Below are positions 25,866 to 37,707 of a stretch of 64,000 nt of DNA, piece after piece. The DNA is from Rhizodiscina lignyota (lineage: Eukaryota). How positions within the stretch are numbered: position 1 is the stretch's first letter; every line of letters starts with the position of its first letter. Below the pieces are notes generated by a model. The model saw only the letters and a program-made list of their open reading frames with translations. It was not told the origin of the DNA and searched no databases. The position numbers and the translations under genes were made by a program. The stretch spans positions 1,550,001-1,614,000 of the forward strand of contig ML978126.1 of NCBI GenBank assembly GCA_010015805.1. The letters are read 5' to 3'.

Positions 25866-26852
25866 TTAGCTCGTTGATCTCTCGAACTCCTTCGCTCGTC
25901 CTGTAGCAACCGCCCATCCAAACGCCGAGAGCACAACTTGTTGCGCCGCATGGCTCAATTCCAGACAATGTGGTGCGTGCGCAACCAACATTGTTGAAGC
26001 CGCGGGACCACGACCATTCTTAAGCTTCTGAAGCGCGCCGACAAACTCTGCCTGTTTGGCACGGCCATCCGGTCCCCACATTGGTCCACTCTCCTCTAGC
26101 ATGTGCAAAACTGGCACTTCCACCTCTTGCGCATATTTCTCCCAGTATGTGGACCACTGCCACGCAATATCGTAGAATTCTGCCTGAGGCGCCGCTTGGT
26201 CGATTTCGGGAGATAGCGCAAAGACCTCCTCAGGAGCAAAGTCTCGGCCTGGACCATTGATCATTACTGCGTCCTTCACATCGATTGGGAAACCCGTTGG
26301 GCCATCTGCGATAGTGGGTGGTGCAGGGCCGCCGACTGCAGCTGACGACGCGATGCTTGACACAATTACGCCGGCCAAGGTGTATGGAAGCGGATTTCCA
26401 CTCTTGAACGTTTTGGAATATGCGGCCGCCGCTATTGTCACAATGGCGGCGCCGGTTCCATGGCCGTACAGGACGACATTCTTGATTGGAACAGCGTCAC
26501 TCACGGTCTTCAGTACCGCGGGAACAATGGTCTCCACAATATACGGCCCTTGTGCCTGCATCCACGTTTGCTTGGATGCATCGTACTCAGGCATTGGACT
26601 GGAGCCGCTGTAGCTCGGACGATTTAGCGCCACGAATGGGATATCCAGATCCTCTGCGAGTTTGAGCGGTGACGCGGTTGGGTGGGCATCGAAGTACTTC
26701 GCATCATAACAGCCGCCTGGTAGACCGATGATGAGAGTTTGCGGTGCGTAAGGAGTTATTTTCCGCGTTGCATGGCTGGCCTTTCCGGTAATGATTCGAT
26801 CGCCTGGAAGCTGGAAGACGACTCCTCCGCTTGATTGCATCGATTGTGCCAT
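25866..26852 (-). CDS. Alpha/beta-hydrolase fold protein with atypical nucleophile elbow
   Basis: 328-aa ORF with LPGG-x-Y, ALNRPSY, VVLYGHGTGA (G in place of S), VEVPVL and APHCLELS. Confidence 0.8.
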   Translation of the reverse strand: MAQSMQSSGGVVFQLPGDRIITGKASHATRKITPYAPQTLIIGLPGGCYDAKYFDAHPTASPLKLAEDLDIPFVALNRPSYSGSSPMPEYDASKQTWMQAQGPYIVETIVPAVLKTVSDAVPIKNVVLYGHGTGAAIVTIAAAAYSKTFKSGNPLPYTLAGVIVSSIASSAAVGGPAPPTIADGPTGFPIDVKDAVMINGPGRDFAPEEVFALSPEIDQAAPQAEFYDIAWQWSTYWEKYAQEVEVPVLHMLEESGPMWGPDGRAKQAEFVGALQKLKNGRGPAASTMLVAHAPHCLELSHAAQQVVLSAFGWAVATGRAKEFERSTS

Positions 26853-27671
26853 AGCGAACCAATCTCTTCACCAGTCTTCCTCTTGCTTTTCCTGCAGATG
26901 GCGTTTGCAATCACATCCTGAAGACGAATCCAGCGGATTTGGACCATTTATTCATATTTCGTCCGATAACATGTGGCCGCACCATTTTCGATTTTTAGCT
27001 ATCTCCGCCATTTCCATGGGAGCGTGCTCAGGATTCCTGGCCCCTAAGCGTCCTGAAGTACTATTAGGGTTTCCAAGTGCGTCCCTGGACTCCCTGCAAC
27101 GGATCGTGCCAACCCTGACGCCTCCACCATTCCTAATCCGGGCCCCAGTTATTCTATTTCTCTCCCTACTTTGTCCAGTGATGTTGAGTCCTTATCTGCA
27201 AGTGGATGTCTTTTAACAAAACTTCTTGCACTAATCATTTGTAGCGTGTGGTGCGAAGCCGTTCGGTCTCCGTTGCTGACGTAAGGGCGACTCGCGCGAG
27301 TATGGAATTCCGCCGGAGATACCTCTCGCTCGGATATTGGAGTTATGTATGAGCAGGATGGTTCGCCCGGCGGACCATCCCACAACATCCGATTACCGAT
27401 CAGGGTATTTGGTCTGGGGCAATGAACAGCGTTCGGGGCTGTAAGAACAAGATATGAGTAAAGAAAGCTGCTTCCTTACTTACATACAATAGACTCAAGC
27501 CCGCCTCGCAAATAAGAAGAAAACGCCACAAGATCCGAGCTTCGGAAATCAATCAATATTCATAAGACATGTCATTGGAGATTTCAAGAGCACCAATATG
27601 CATATAATCTAGCCGTGGTTGTGTAGAGAAACAGAAACCATTGAAGAGAGTAAACACCAATATGGAAAAGT

Positions 27672-28483
27672 TTAAACCAGCCTAGCCGCCACCCAAAAAT
27701 CAGCCTTAAATGCCATAAAAAAAATCAACCCCTTTGGACACCCCATAGAAATGATGCAGGTCTGTGTGAGCATTTGCTCAACGTCGCTGATGCTCCTGTG
27801 TTGGATGTGTAAGTAGTGACTCTTATCTCGAATGATCAAAGGTCTGCTAACCAGCATTGCAGTTTGCGCAAACTTTTTCCTTCCAACGTTGTTCTGTTTC
27901 CCAACGCGCTTGATGAGGCCCGCCCGCTTCCTCTTTTTCGCCGTCATCTTGACCATATTGGCTTGCTGGTTGGTTTGAGAAGCAGCGACACCAACTTGCT
28001 GGCCAGAAGCAGCGACACCGGTGTGCGAACCAGAAGCAGCGACATCGGATTGCGAGCCAGAGACATGTCGTTCACCGCTGGTGGTAACACCATTGGAACA
28101 GTCCTTATCACTCTGAATAGCTTCGACAATTCCCTGGTCATACCGACACCTCAGTTTGTCCAGCGAGACGCCTTCGAATTTCGCTTTGGCTTCGAGGTTG
28201 TGCCCATCCACGTATGGGTGGTCGTCGCAGCCCCAACGGCAATTGAACTGCCTCATGCATTGCTTGCAGGTTCCGACATGGCCATTCTTGTAGCAGCGAG
28301 CGACGGGAATCTTGTTGCATTCATGGCTATTCCTGATCGGCGTTCAAGCCCACCATTTGTCGGACTTTCTTCTTACCAGTGATGGTTAAAACGAGAGCGT
28401 CCAGTAGCTAGTGTTCGTCCAAGTCCCACTGTCGACATGACCGATCGCTCATGATTGAGGTTTGGCTCCAACATGAACGGCAT
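27672..28483 (-). CDS. Hypothetical Cys/His-rich protein with 9-aa repeats and basic tail; boundaries uncertain
   Basis: An intron at ~28376-28333 (gtaaga...gatcag) joins ...FNHHW to NSHECNKIPVARCYKNGHVGTCKQCMRQFNCRWGCDDH; contains VAASG repeats and KKRKR. Confidence 0.4.
27979..28065. repeat. 27-bp tandem repeat, about 3 copies
   Basis: GAAGCAGCGACA recurs every 27 nt and encodes VAASGxxxG on the minus strand. Confidence 0.8.
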
Positions 28484-28854
28484 CTTGTATGATTTTGGCT
28501 CGTTTGTCGATGATTGCTTAGGGGCGCGTTGTGCTTGCAGAGAAAGAGGTTGTTTGATTCTAAGTTTCAAAAAGAAGACGTTTATATACAAAGCGAAATT
28601 CTCTTCGACTCAGGACTACCTGACAGTGTTCGCCACTGGTATTGTGAAATTTCGGCATACACTTATTGTTTTCGATAACTAGGCAACACTTCACCAGTCA
28701 CCATGCACGGGATCTCGTGTTCAGAGTATTATTATTCATTTATTGAAGCATTGTCATTTATTTATTTCTCTTTATTCCAGGAATCCCGGACTGCCCAACA
28801 CGGCCATTACCTTACATTCGATTCAGGCCAACAGAGCAGAAGTACATTACCCTA

Positions 28855-30558
28855 ATGGCTATCAAACTCTTCAAAGATCCCGCTGGTTTCATCACCACCA
28901 AGGTCAACGAGATCAAAAAGCACGTCTCCGGAAAGCTAATCAAGGAAGAACCAGGAGAAGAGCCAACACCCAATCATCTCCCGAGCAAGTGTAAGGTACT
29001 TCGCAGGTGCGTCAGCAAAGCAAAGCACGCTATGAAATGTACCAATCGTGCAATATTTCATCGCCAAGTTAGCGATGATGATGATCAAGCCAGCAATGAG
29101 GCTCCTTTCGTACTCCGAATCACGCCTCCAAAAGAAATCCCCCCTCTATCAGATCCGCCAGCTTATCAGTCTGATGATTCAGAAGACCCTGAGACCAGGA
29201 TTTGGGGGCCAGTGTTGCACATCCCAGATGAGCGATACATAGCACTGGCGCTGAAGCATGGTCCCATCTGCGTTCCCTGCGAGGACGGCTGGTTCAAAGC
29301 CACGGAGGCTAGAGTCATAGGCCATACACGTGGTGCCAGTAACCGCATTACGTTCATTGAGTACAACGACCCAGACAACACAAGGATTGTTGTCCGCGTG
29401 CCATCGTGCGGCTGGCGTCGGGTGTGGATGCCTATTGACGGCGAAGCGATCGTGAATCAGGTGAAGGTCATGAAGTATCTGAAACGCAAGACTGGAATCC
29501 CTATCCCAGAAGTCATCAGCTACGACACAACAATTGATGACAATGTTCTCGGAGCACCGTACATCATGATGGAGTGCATGGAAGGCGAAGCCGTTTGTGT
29601 TGCTTGGTGGGATGAGGAAGAACCGATTCCATTGGAGCAGAAGCGCCAGAATATTATGAAGTCACTTGCCGAAACCATGGTCAAGCTCCGAGATTTAAAG
29701 TTTGACAAAATCGGGTCATTGTACTTTGAAGATTTTGATGATGGCACAATCGGCGAACCTTGGATCGGCGGCCAAATCAGCGTTATGCCGGGTATGTTGG
29801 AGCGAGACGACGAATATCTCCAGACGAGAAAGGAAGACCTGATCTTCCCGGAATATGGAACTTCTCAAGAGTTCATGCGCGAGGTGTTGGACATCTACCG
29901 TAGTCGGGAACTCAAGTATTGGGGTGACCCCTTCTACGATGGGAGACGCAATATAATCCACGGACTTCATAAGCTGTATTCCATTATCATTGATTACATG
30001 CCCTTCTCGGAGCTCACAGCTGAACTAGGAGCAGAACCAGAGCATTTCGTCATCGCACCGCCAGATTTTGATCAGCAAAACATAATAGTCGATAAGCTTG
30101 GAAATATCACTGGTCTTATTGACTGGGACGTCGTCAAGACTGTCCCGCGCTTCAAAGGTTGGGCCGCCCTCCCTCGCTGGCTCCAGCAGGACTGGTATGA
30201 TCGATATCAGTGGCCAGACTGGGAACAGAGGCGAGGCCCGACGATGTCACCAAGCGAGTTGTGTTGCTACCGCCAACAATACACCAAGTACATGCGAGAA
30301 GCCTGCACAGCCGTTAGTGGCGGCCAAGACGGCGAGGAAATTGACGAGTGGAGATTCACGTCTCGCTCTCACCTCTACGATCGCGTCTTTGAGACGGTTG
30401 GCGAAGACGGAATGGATGGTTTCCTGGAGAAGCTGTTGGAATTGTTCGTCCCAAGGGCATGGAAGGCCACTTTCATATCAAACCTAGGGCAGTATGGATT
30501 TGCGCCCGGACAGGAGGAGTTATTGCGCAATAAAATTAATGAGATTCTTGCGTATTGA
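28855..30558 (+). CDS. Aminoglycoside-phosphotransferase (APH)-like kinase-fold protein, intronless
   Basis: 567-aa ORF with RGASN, IVVRVP, TGIPIPEV, GAPYIMMECMEG, FDKIGSL, PPDFDQQNI and ITGLIDWD. Confidence 0.88.
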   Translation: MAIKLFKDPAGFITTKVNEIKKHVSGKLIKEEPGEEPTPNHLPSKCKVLRRCVSKAKHAMKCTNRAIFHRQVSDDDDQASNEAPFVLRITPPKEIPPLSDPPAYQSDDSEDPETRIWGPVLHIPDERYIALALKHGPICVPCEDGWFKATEARVIGHTRGASNRITFIEYNDPDNTRIVVRVPSCGWRRVWMPIDGEAIVNQVKVMKYLKRKTGIPIPEVISYDTTIDDNVLGAPYIMMECMEGEAVCVAWWDEEEPIPLEQKRQNIMKSLAETMVKLRDLKFDKIGSLYFEDFDDGTIGEPWIGGQISVMPGMLERDDEYLQTRKEDLIFPEYGTSQEFMREVLDIYRSRELKYWGDPFYDGRRNIIHGLHKLYSIIIDYMPFSELTAELGAEPEHFVIAPPDFDQQNIIVDKLGNITGLIDWDVVKTVPRFKGWAALPRWLQQDWYDRYQWPDWEQRRGPTMSPSELCCYRQQYTKYMREACTAVSGGQDGEEIDEWRFTSRSHLYDRVFETVGEDGMDGFLEKLLELFVPRAWKATFISNLGQYGFAPGQEELLRNKINEILAY

Positions 30559-31498
30559 ATGCATTGGTATCTAGCCGCAAGTAACTATTGGCTATCGCTT
30601 CACATCATTATCTGGCAGCAATCTCATGTGAAGGACAAAAGGGCTGCTCAGTGTATATTTAATCGAGCTTTCTGAGATGCTCTCATTTGCGTTGAAGAAT
30701 AAGACTCGTTCATATTACAACCGTTCTAGCGTTTTCGCTGTTGGTCGTTTATACATAGAGGAAAATTAGTGAGGCCACTCTCCGACTCTACAAATACGTG
30801 TGACTCGCTACAGAAACACAACCTAGCGCCATAAGCAAACTGTAAGATGACAGAAGCCGGAGAACTTACTACAGCTGTTCAGTTAATCGGGCCTAAGAAT
30901 TGTTTGACACGTCATCATTATGCCCGCCCAGCCCAATACAGACGACCCGTGTAATCGATGCTCACGATGTTTAGATACTTGTGATGTAATTCAATCAGGT
31001 GTCTTTTGACAAGGTGTTTTAAACAATGCTCAATTATCTGACACGTCGAGCTCCAATGCGTATTTGACATTCACGATAAATCAACATTCAGCATGATGTA
31101 CACACCAGGAAGAATCTAAACTTGCAAAAATCCCCTGTCGAATCTTCTTCCTTCATCCACTTACCAAAACCACTCTCTGGACGATCTATTTGCCATTTGT
31201 TCTCGCGCAAACACTTCGACGGTCTATGCATATTAAGTCTCATTTTATGCATATTGGGAAACTTCGCCTGTTTGGCTCGTTACCCAAACAAGTACCAAGC
31301 AGAAATATAATTTCCAATCACCTCAGATGTGGACTATTTACATGCTGCCTCGACCCTCCGTTCAGCTCAACTTTTCACCCATCCATCGCAGCTCTACAAG
31401 GTATTTCTCAGCGATCATTTCATCATTCATTGTACTGCAACAATATTCTGAGGGGTTGGAATTCTGTCGGCTTCAAACAACCACAGAATATCAGCAGC

Positions 31499-33577
31499 AT
31501 GGTAGACAAGACGTCGAATCCACCGCTAGTTTCATCAACACCCCGTGGCGGACAACCTACCCCGAACAAAATGCCGATAGTTATCGGCCTCTATGGAATT
31601 CCCGGCTCTGGGAAAACATTCCTGCTCTCTCAGCTGAAGCATGAACTCGGACAAGGAGAGTTTGCGTTCTACGAGGGTTCCAAAGTGATCGGTACTCTTG
31701 TCCCCGGTGGCCTTGATGCTTTCAAGAAACTGGACGAGCAAGAGAAGCTTTAATGGCGACAGTTCGCCATCGACACAATTCGCAACGAGTGCATCTTCAA
31801 CGGAAAAGCCGCCGTCGTCACTGGCCATTTCATGTTCTGGCCAGAGGAGGAAGACTCCGTGCCTTCAGTGCTAAACCAGAACGACATGGACACATTCACG
31901 CACATCCTCTACCTCGATGTCCCTCCTGAGACTGTCGTACAGCGTCGTATCAATGATACTACGAGAGATCGTCCTTCAGTATCGGCTACACATCTGCGAA
32001 AATGGCTTGAGGCGGAGCAATCCCAGCTACGAGACATCTGCCGCGAACACGAGATTTTGTTCTTGTCTGTATCCATGGAGAAGATGCCTTTGAGCAGGAT
32101 GCTCGCAATTCTGCATGATTTTCGACACCATGACGAGAATCACAATATGTCCAAGGCAATCAACAAGCTGGAAGAGGGTCTGCTCGCTGCGAGGGGATGA
32201 GGCAAACTGGAGACAATGCTGGTCATCGATGCTGATAAGACACTGGCCGCAGAGGATGCTGGCAAGTTGTTCTGGGAGAGTGTATCTGGTCAGTGGAAAC
32301 ACTGGGCAAATGTTGACCGTTCTCCACTCAAGTCTCTTTTCAGCAGCCCATTGGGTTACTCCTACACCGCGTTTCGCCAGGCATCGTTGCTCTACGAACA
32401 GGCTGCCAACGACGAAGGATTCGAGTGGATCTGCAGGGATGTCGAGCAGTACGTGACTATGCACTCGGAATTCGCTCTTCTCTTGGGCCTGGTACAGGAG
32501 CAACCACACGTCGGAGTAGCGATTGTTACATGTGGCCTGCGTCGAGTTTGGGAGATCTTGTTTGCTAAAGCAGGTCTTCTGGATCGTGTAACGATCATTG
32601 GAGGAGGCCGTATCAAAGACGAGTTCGTCGTTACGCCTCAAGTAAAGGCTGCCCTGGTTTCTCATTTGCAGGAAGTCCACAAGCTCAAGGTCTGGGCTTT
32701 CGGCGACAGCCCACTGGACTTGGAAATGATGAAAAAGGCGGATCAAGCTGTGGTCGTGACGGGTGATGAGAAGATGAGGAGCAGGACGATGGATGCAGCT
32801 TTGGAAAACGCTATCGGTAATACACAACTCCGTGCCCTGCAGGTTCTATTGCCGAAAGGAGCATCTCCACGACTGAACACAGTCATGCTTCCAACGGTCT
32901 CGTTTACGGATCCGAACTTCCTCGATGCAATTCTCCGCCGCCACCATCGACAGACTCGTCAAGTCCTCCATGCGACAGACAGGAACGCAGCCAAGCTACT
33001 AATGACGCCAATGCGCGATGCAAGGGTCGCCGGACCACAGCTGAGGGAAGCTCATCGGCGTGTGGGGTGGTACCTGGGAACAGAGTTCTTGGCTGAAGCG
33101 GTTGACACCGAGGAATACTCGATCCCGCATGTCCAAGGCAATGAGACTAGCGGCTATCGCCTTACAGGCGAGGAGAAGACGTTGATTGTGGCGCTGATGC
33201 GCGGTGGAGAGCCTATGGCTTTTGGCGTGAGCGATGCTTTCCCCCCGGCGATGCTTCTCCATGCGCGCGGTGTGGAAGACGTGAAGGAGGAGCACCTGCA
33301 GGAGAGGCACAACGTGGTGTTGGTAGACTCGGTGGTAAACAGCAGCGACACGGTCGTACAATTCGTGGAGCATATCCGCGCTCTGCATCCCGCCGCGCGG
33401 ATCGTGGTAGTTACTGGCGTCGTGCAAGCAGAATGTCTTACTACCAGTACGCTTGCTCAGCTACTCGTCGAGGAAAAGCTTTGTCTCGTTGCGCTTCGCA
33501 TCTCTGACAACAAGTACACTGGAAAAGGTACTACGGACACTGGGAACCGTCTGTTAAACACCACGCAGCTACCATGA
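31499..33577 (+). pseudogene. P-loop kinase + HAD phosphatase + uracil-PRTase-like fusion with two in-frame stops
   Basis: One continuous frame contains GIPGSGKT, then DADKTL and AFGDSPLD, then ALMRGG and LVDSVVNS. Stops are TAA 31751-31753 and TGA 32198-32200. Confidence 0.85.
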
Positions 33578-34260
33578 TTCTCTTTCGGCGCTTGGCTTCT
33601 CTACTGCTCTTAGATACCGGTTGCTTATATCATAGTTGTAGACAATTCTACAGCAATTTCGTTTGAAGATTCAGTGTGCCAGCTGTGTCGAGGGTGACAA
33701 ATAAGTTAGCTACAACTTTCAAGACGCTAAAGGAGCCGAGACGCGAACACTTTACAGAAGGGAGAATCAAACCTTCATAGCTGCTCTCTTCCCCTCAAGG
33801 AGCAGGTTCATTTGTCTTTAGTTGTTACAGCTTCCCCGCGGCTTGAGTGAATGTCCGTATCTCTGATAGAGCCTACAAGTTGTTTAACTATGTCGCATTC
33901 TTCATCGACACTCCAACAAAAGTACAATGTGACTTTCAGATTTTGTCTTCCTTCCTTCGTAGGCAAAATTTGCTGACGTTCACGTACTTAGATTTGGCTC
34001 AATTATGTTTCGATCGCTCTTCCAAGGGGAGAGAAAGGAGGCGAAAGCGTAGAGATAAGCAATAAGGCCGGCGTACTGTATGATTCCTATGCTGAAACAT
34101 TTCGTTCATGATGAAAGGAGCGATTTCAGATTATGGAATTGCAGTACGGAGGCCTCTGTCCCATAAAGACAACGAGAGCAGTTGATCATTGTGTGCGAGC
34201 CTTAGTCGGGGGCCGAGCCATTCCTTTACCATGAAAGTAGTGATATCCAAGGACAAGGCC

Positions 34261-35060
34261 ACTCTTCCAGGCAAAGTGGAGTCAGGCGAGTGTGTGAGAC
34301 CTGATGTGGATAGTATTCTTCTGCCATGGAAGCAATGACGATCGAGCATAGATAATTCACCCCTAGAGTCTTCTTTCATTCAAGGAGCAATGATGCCGGA
34401 TTGTTGAGTTGAAGGATGAGATGAGGCTCCTGCTGCAAGAGGCTTGATGATAGAGCATGAAGCATTAAGGTAGAAAGCGTTCTTCCGCTTTAGATACACC
34501 GGTGATGGAGTGTTGAGGATCAATCGAGCAGTCGTTCTTCTGCCGCAATTGCGCTGGTGCTAGAGCATCGAGTATCATATTTGGACCGTCTCTTCTACGA
34601 AGTAAGCAGTAATGGCACAGGGTTGTATAGCCGTAGAGCAAATACCTCACGGCCGCAAGAGCGGCGATGCCAGTTGAGTCGAGATTAAGGCATAAGTCAT
34701 TCTTCTGTTGCAGGAACCCTGCTGCTTGAGCGTGGGATAGCGAGAGCGAGCGATTTATTCTGCCCAAAATGCACCGATTCTAGAGTGTTGACTATAAAAC
34801 CAGAAGGTCTTCTTCCGAGATGAGCGCGGTGATGCCAGAGAGCTTAATATCAAGGCGGAAAGGTTTCATCTACGCCAAATGAGCCGGTGGCGAAGTGTTG
34901 AGTATCGGGTTGGAAGAGCTTCTTCCATAGCGAGCGCGGTGGATGCCAGAGTTTCAAGGGTTCAGGCAGGAAGGCTTCTTCTCCTCGAAGAGGGCTGATT
35001 GCGAAGCTTACAATGCCTATTCCGTTAGCTATCCTTCTTCACATCGGAGAGGATATGTGG
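34261..35060. repeat. Degenerate tandem array with 55-bp period, about 14 units
   Basis: TTCTTC-like anchors at 34316, 34371, 34425, 34480, 34535, 34590, 34645, 34700, 34755, 34810, 34865, 34920 and 34976. Confidence 0.75.
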
Positions 35061-35118
35061 AGGGCACAGTATATGCTCAGTGAAATCCCAGCAGATAATG
35101 TAAACTTATCATTCAAAC

Positions 35119-35845
35119 TTATACATTTTCGTCATTGGTATTTATGCTAACCATCTCGTACTGCCCGCCACCATCCCTCCCCCTTCCCCTCCCCCGTCCA
35201 CCACGAACAAAGCCCACGCCGTCCTCCTCCGTGACATCATTACCCGCAGGTAATGAGCTGTCCCGTCGGTTTGGCTCGCCGCCGGGTTTGCTGCTGAAGA
35301 AGTTGACAGGACGAAGCTCACGGTACTGGCAGGCCCACATGCCCAGTGATGTCATGAGTGCCGCGCTTGCGGCCTGCAGCGCCCACCAGAACCAGTTAAT
35401 CGGGAAGGAGCGTGAGTAGAGGCTAGTGATGATGAGATGGATGAAATGTATCGTGAGTGCGAAGTCGGGAATAAGCTTTGATCGTGCGATAAGGAGAAGT
35501 AGAGGTATGACGCTGCAAAGTCCAGTTAGCCTCTGAATCAGATCAAACGAAGCTGTACACGAGCATCCAAGAGCCAAAGGAAAGCAGAACGACTTACGCA
35601 ATAAGGCTGTTCAGCATCCACACCACGCCCAGCATCCATCCGATCGTGACATCGCCTCGCAGGCTCCTCCAGGAGAGCAGAAGATCGAGGCGCACCGGCT
35701 TGCCAGCAACGAGGGCAGTGAAGAGGATGAGCACGCCGGCAGAGAGGTAGTAGAGGAGTTGGAGGACTACGATCTGTCTGAGGATACGTAGCGGCGCGAG
35801 GTCTGTGAGGGCTCCTGGTCGAGGTGGTCGCCGCCGCCGAGGCAT
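35119..35845 (-). CDS. SYS1: Golgi integral membrane protein Sys1
   Basis: Two exons: PLRILRQIVVLQLLYY...LLSW...GW and IARSKLIPDFALTIHFIHL...WFWW...GMWACQYRELRPV. Confidence 0.9.
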
Positions 35846-35877
35846 GTGCTTGCGCGAGCGGGCCGATTACGGAGGAG

Positions 35878-36199
35878 CTAGTTAGATTGCGGCGGGGGGT
35901 TGGTCGGGGCGGTGGGGACTTTAAGAAGAGAAGAGATGTCAGCCATGGAGAGGTGAAGTTGTGGAGAAGTGGACGATGTGAGAGGTTGCTGTCATGAGGT
36001 CGCTGATGCATCGGCGACGCTGCGGCCACGCGGGCCGATTGCAGGGATCAACGGCCCGAAGCGGTCGGTCGGAGCAGGAACAACGATCCCCGAAGGCCAT
36101 CAAAAGGGGGATGCTTGTGCTTCTCCTAACAATGACAAGTGAAAGTGGGAACTTACAGGGAGCACCGGTGGTGTCGTAGCCGCCACGCTTGGAAGGCAT
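35878..36199 (-). CDS. Spliced upstream ORF or microprotein (27 aa; 69 aa from ATG 36325)
   Basis: Exons 36199-36157 and 35918-35878, joined by intron gtaagt...gctgac...aag, give MPSKRGGYDTTGAPFPTAPTNPPPQSN*. The stop lies 32 nt before the SYS1 ATG. Confidence 0.5.
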
Positions 36200-37707
36200 G
36201 CTGGAGGTTGAACGTGAGGTTGGTGGGAGTGTAGGTGTCGGTGGCTGGAGCGTTGGCGATGTTGGCGGAAGAGTTGGCGAGAGCGTACGTTGGCGAAGAG
36301 ACGATTTGGAATGAATGGAGGCCATCACCGGTATATAAACCTCCTCCAAATCATCGAGGAAGGCACGCAAACGGTTGAGCAATTTGAATGAACTGCTACT
36401 TCCAGTTCTTTGCGGGTGGCGTTCATCTGGCACTGCCTATGGTTGGAAGACAATTGCGCTCTTTCCTCTTCATGTTTGGACGGCCCAGCAATTTGTCGGT
36501 AAGAATTTCCAGATGTCTCGATTCTTCTTCTTTGGCAATGACGGAACGCGATTGCCAGACCTCTAGCGTGTCCCAGCAAATCACTTTGTCGTCATCTCTC
36601 GCGTCAAGATGAACTTTTCGATCGTTGTGAAAGCTAATTTACCGTCATCCTCCCCTTTGGGGCAAGAACATTGCAAAGAGAGCAGACACCTCAGTGATTC
36701 AGCAAGAGCACTATGCAGTAAGGAGGTTAGTGGTTGGCGTTGTGTGTCTATTCGCTCTGTTTGCAGTACAGCAATGCTGAGCCTGCAGGGCATTGCAGGA
36801 GCAGAGAGTAAATGGCGAGAAAGCAAACAGCAATGCTTTAGATGGTCTGGCGAACCACAGGATTGAAGCATATCTAGGAGGCTTTGCATTACCTGCCTTG
36901 CATGCACCTTCGGATAGTACTACTGTTCCTGCGAATTGAAGTTCATCCAAAGGAGCGGCGATCCCATCGATGAGTAGGTAACAGTTGACATCTTTGGCAA
37001 CCGCATACTATCGCCATCGTAGAAATGGTCTGATAGCGTGCTTGCTGTTGCCGTCGAGGATCCGCATCAATCGGAGAAAGACGAAGTGGCAGGCAAGAGA
37101 CAGCGGCGCGGTCTCTGACCATGCGATCGACGATCTTTGGGGGAGCTCAATTGTGCACTTTGGCAGTGCTACCGAATGCTTGGCTGTGGACGGCAAATGG
37201 GAGAACTGAAGAGGAGAGGGAAGAGGGGACTTGCAATTGGGTTGCGGCGAGCATATCCATGTAACTAATGTAGTTATGGGAACAGTTTGCTTAATTGAAA
37301 AGGCTGCGGCGGTGAAAATTCAAATATCTGGCAGTATGCCAGATGGTAAGGCCTTCTCTGTGAAGATGTCTGTCTCTTCGCAACACTCCACCGAATGGCA
37401 AAGATGGATGCATTCCTCAACCCATACACGTTATTCACGCACCTTCCCTTAATGTCGAAGGGTGAGCCTAGATGCTACAGCGTGCGCTCAACCTTCATCA
37501 GGGTCAACGAGTTTATCATTCCCAAGAATGGGTGCAGCAGCGTTTTCGTCTGGTGTTCATCACTTCTATCGATCTTAAGCACCTCAATTATTGCATCAAT
37601 CATTTACTGACTTCTGCATTCCGCGTCAACTACCTCATTATCATTTCAGTATTCCGTTTGACCAAAGGACTCCAACAGCTTGATCAATCGAAAACTCCTT
37701 TGTTCAA

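Noticed and set aside
34261..35060. 55-bp array as a CRISPR array or coding repeat
   Set aside because: No identical repeat with unique spacers, eukaryotic context with no cas genes, non-triplet period, and no ORF spans the array.
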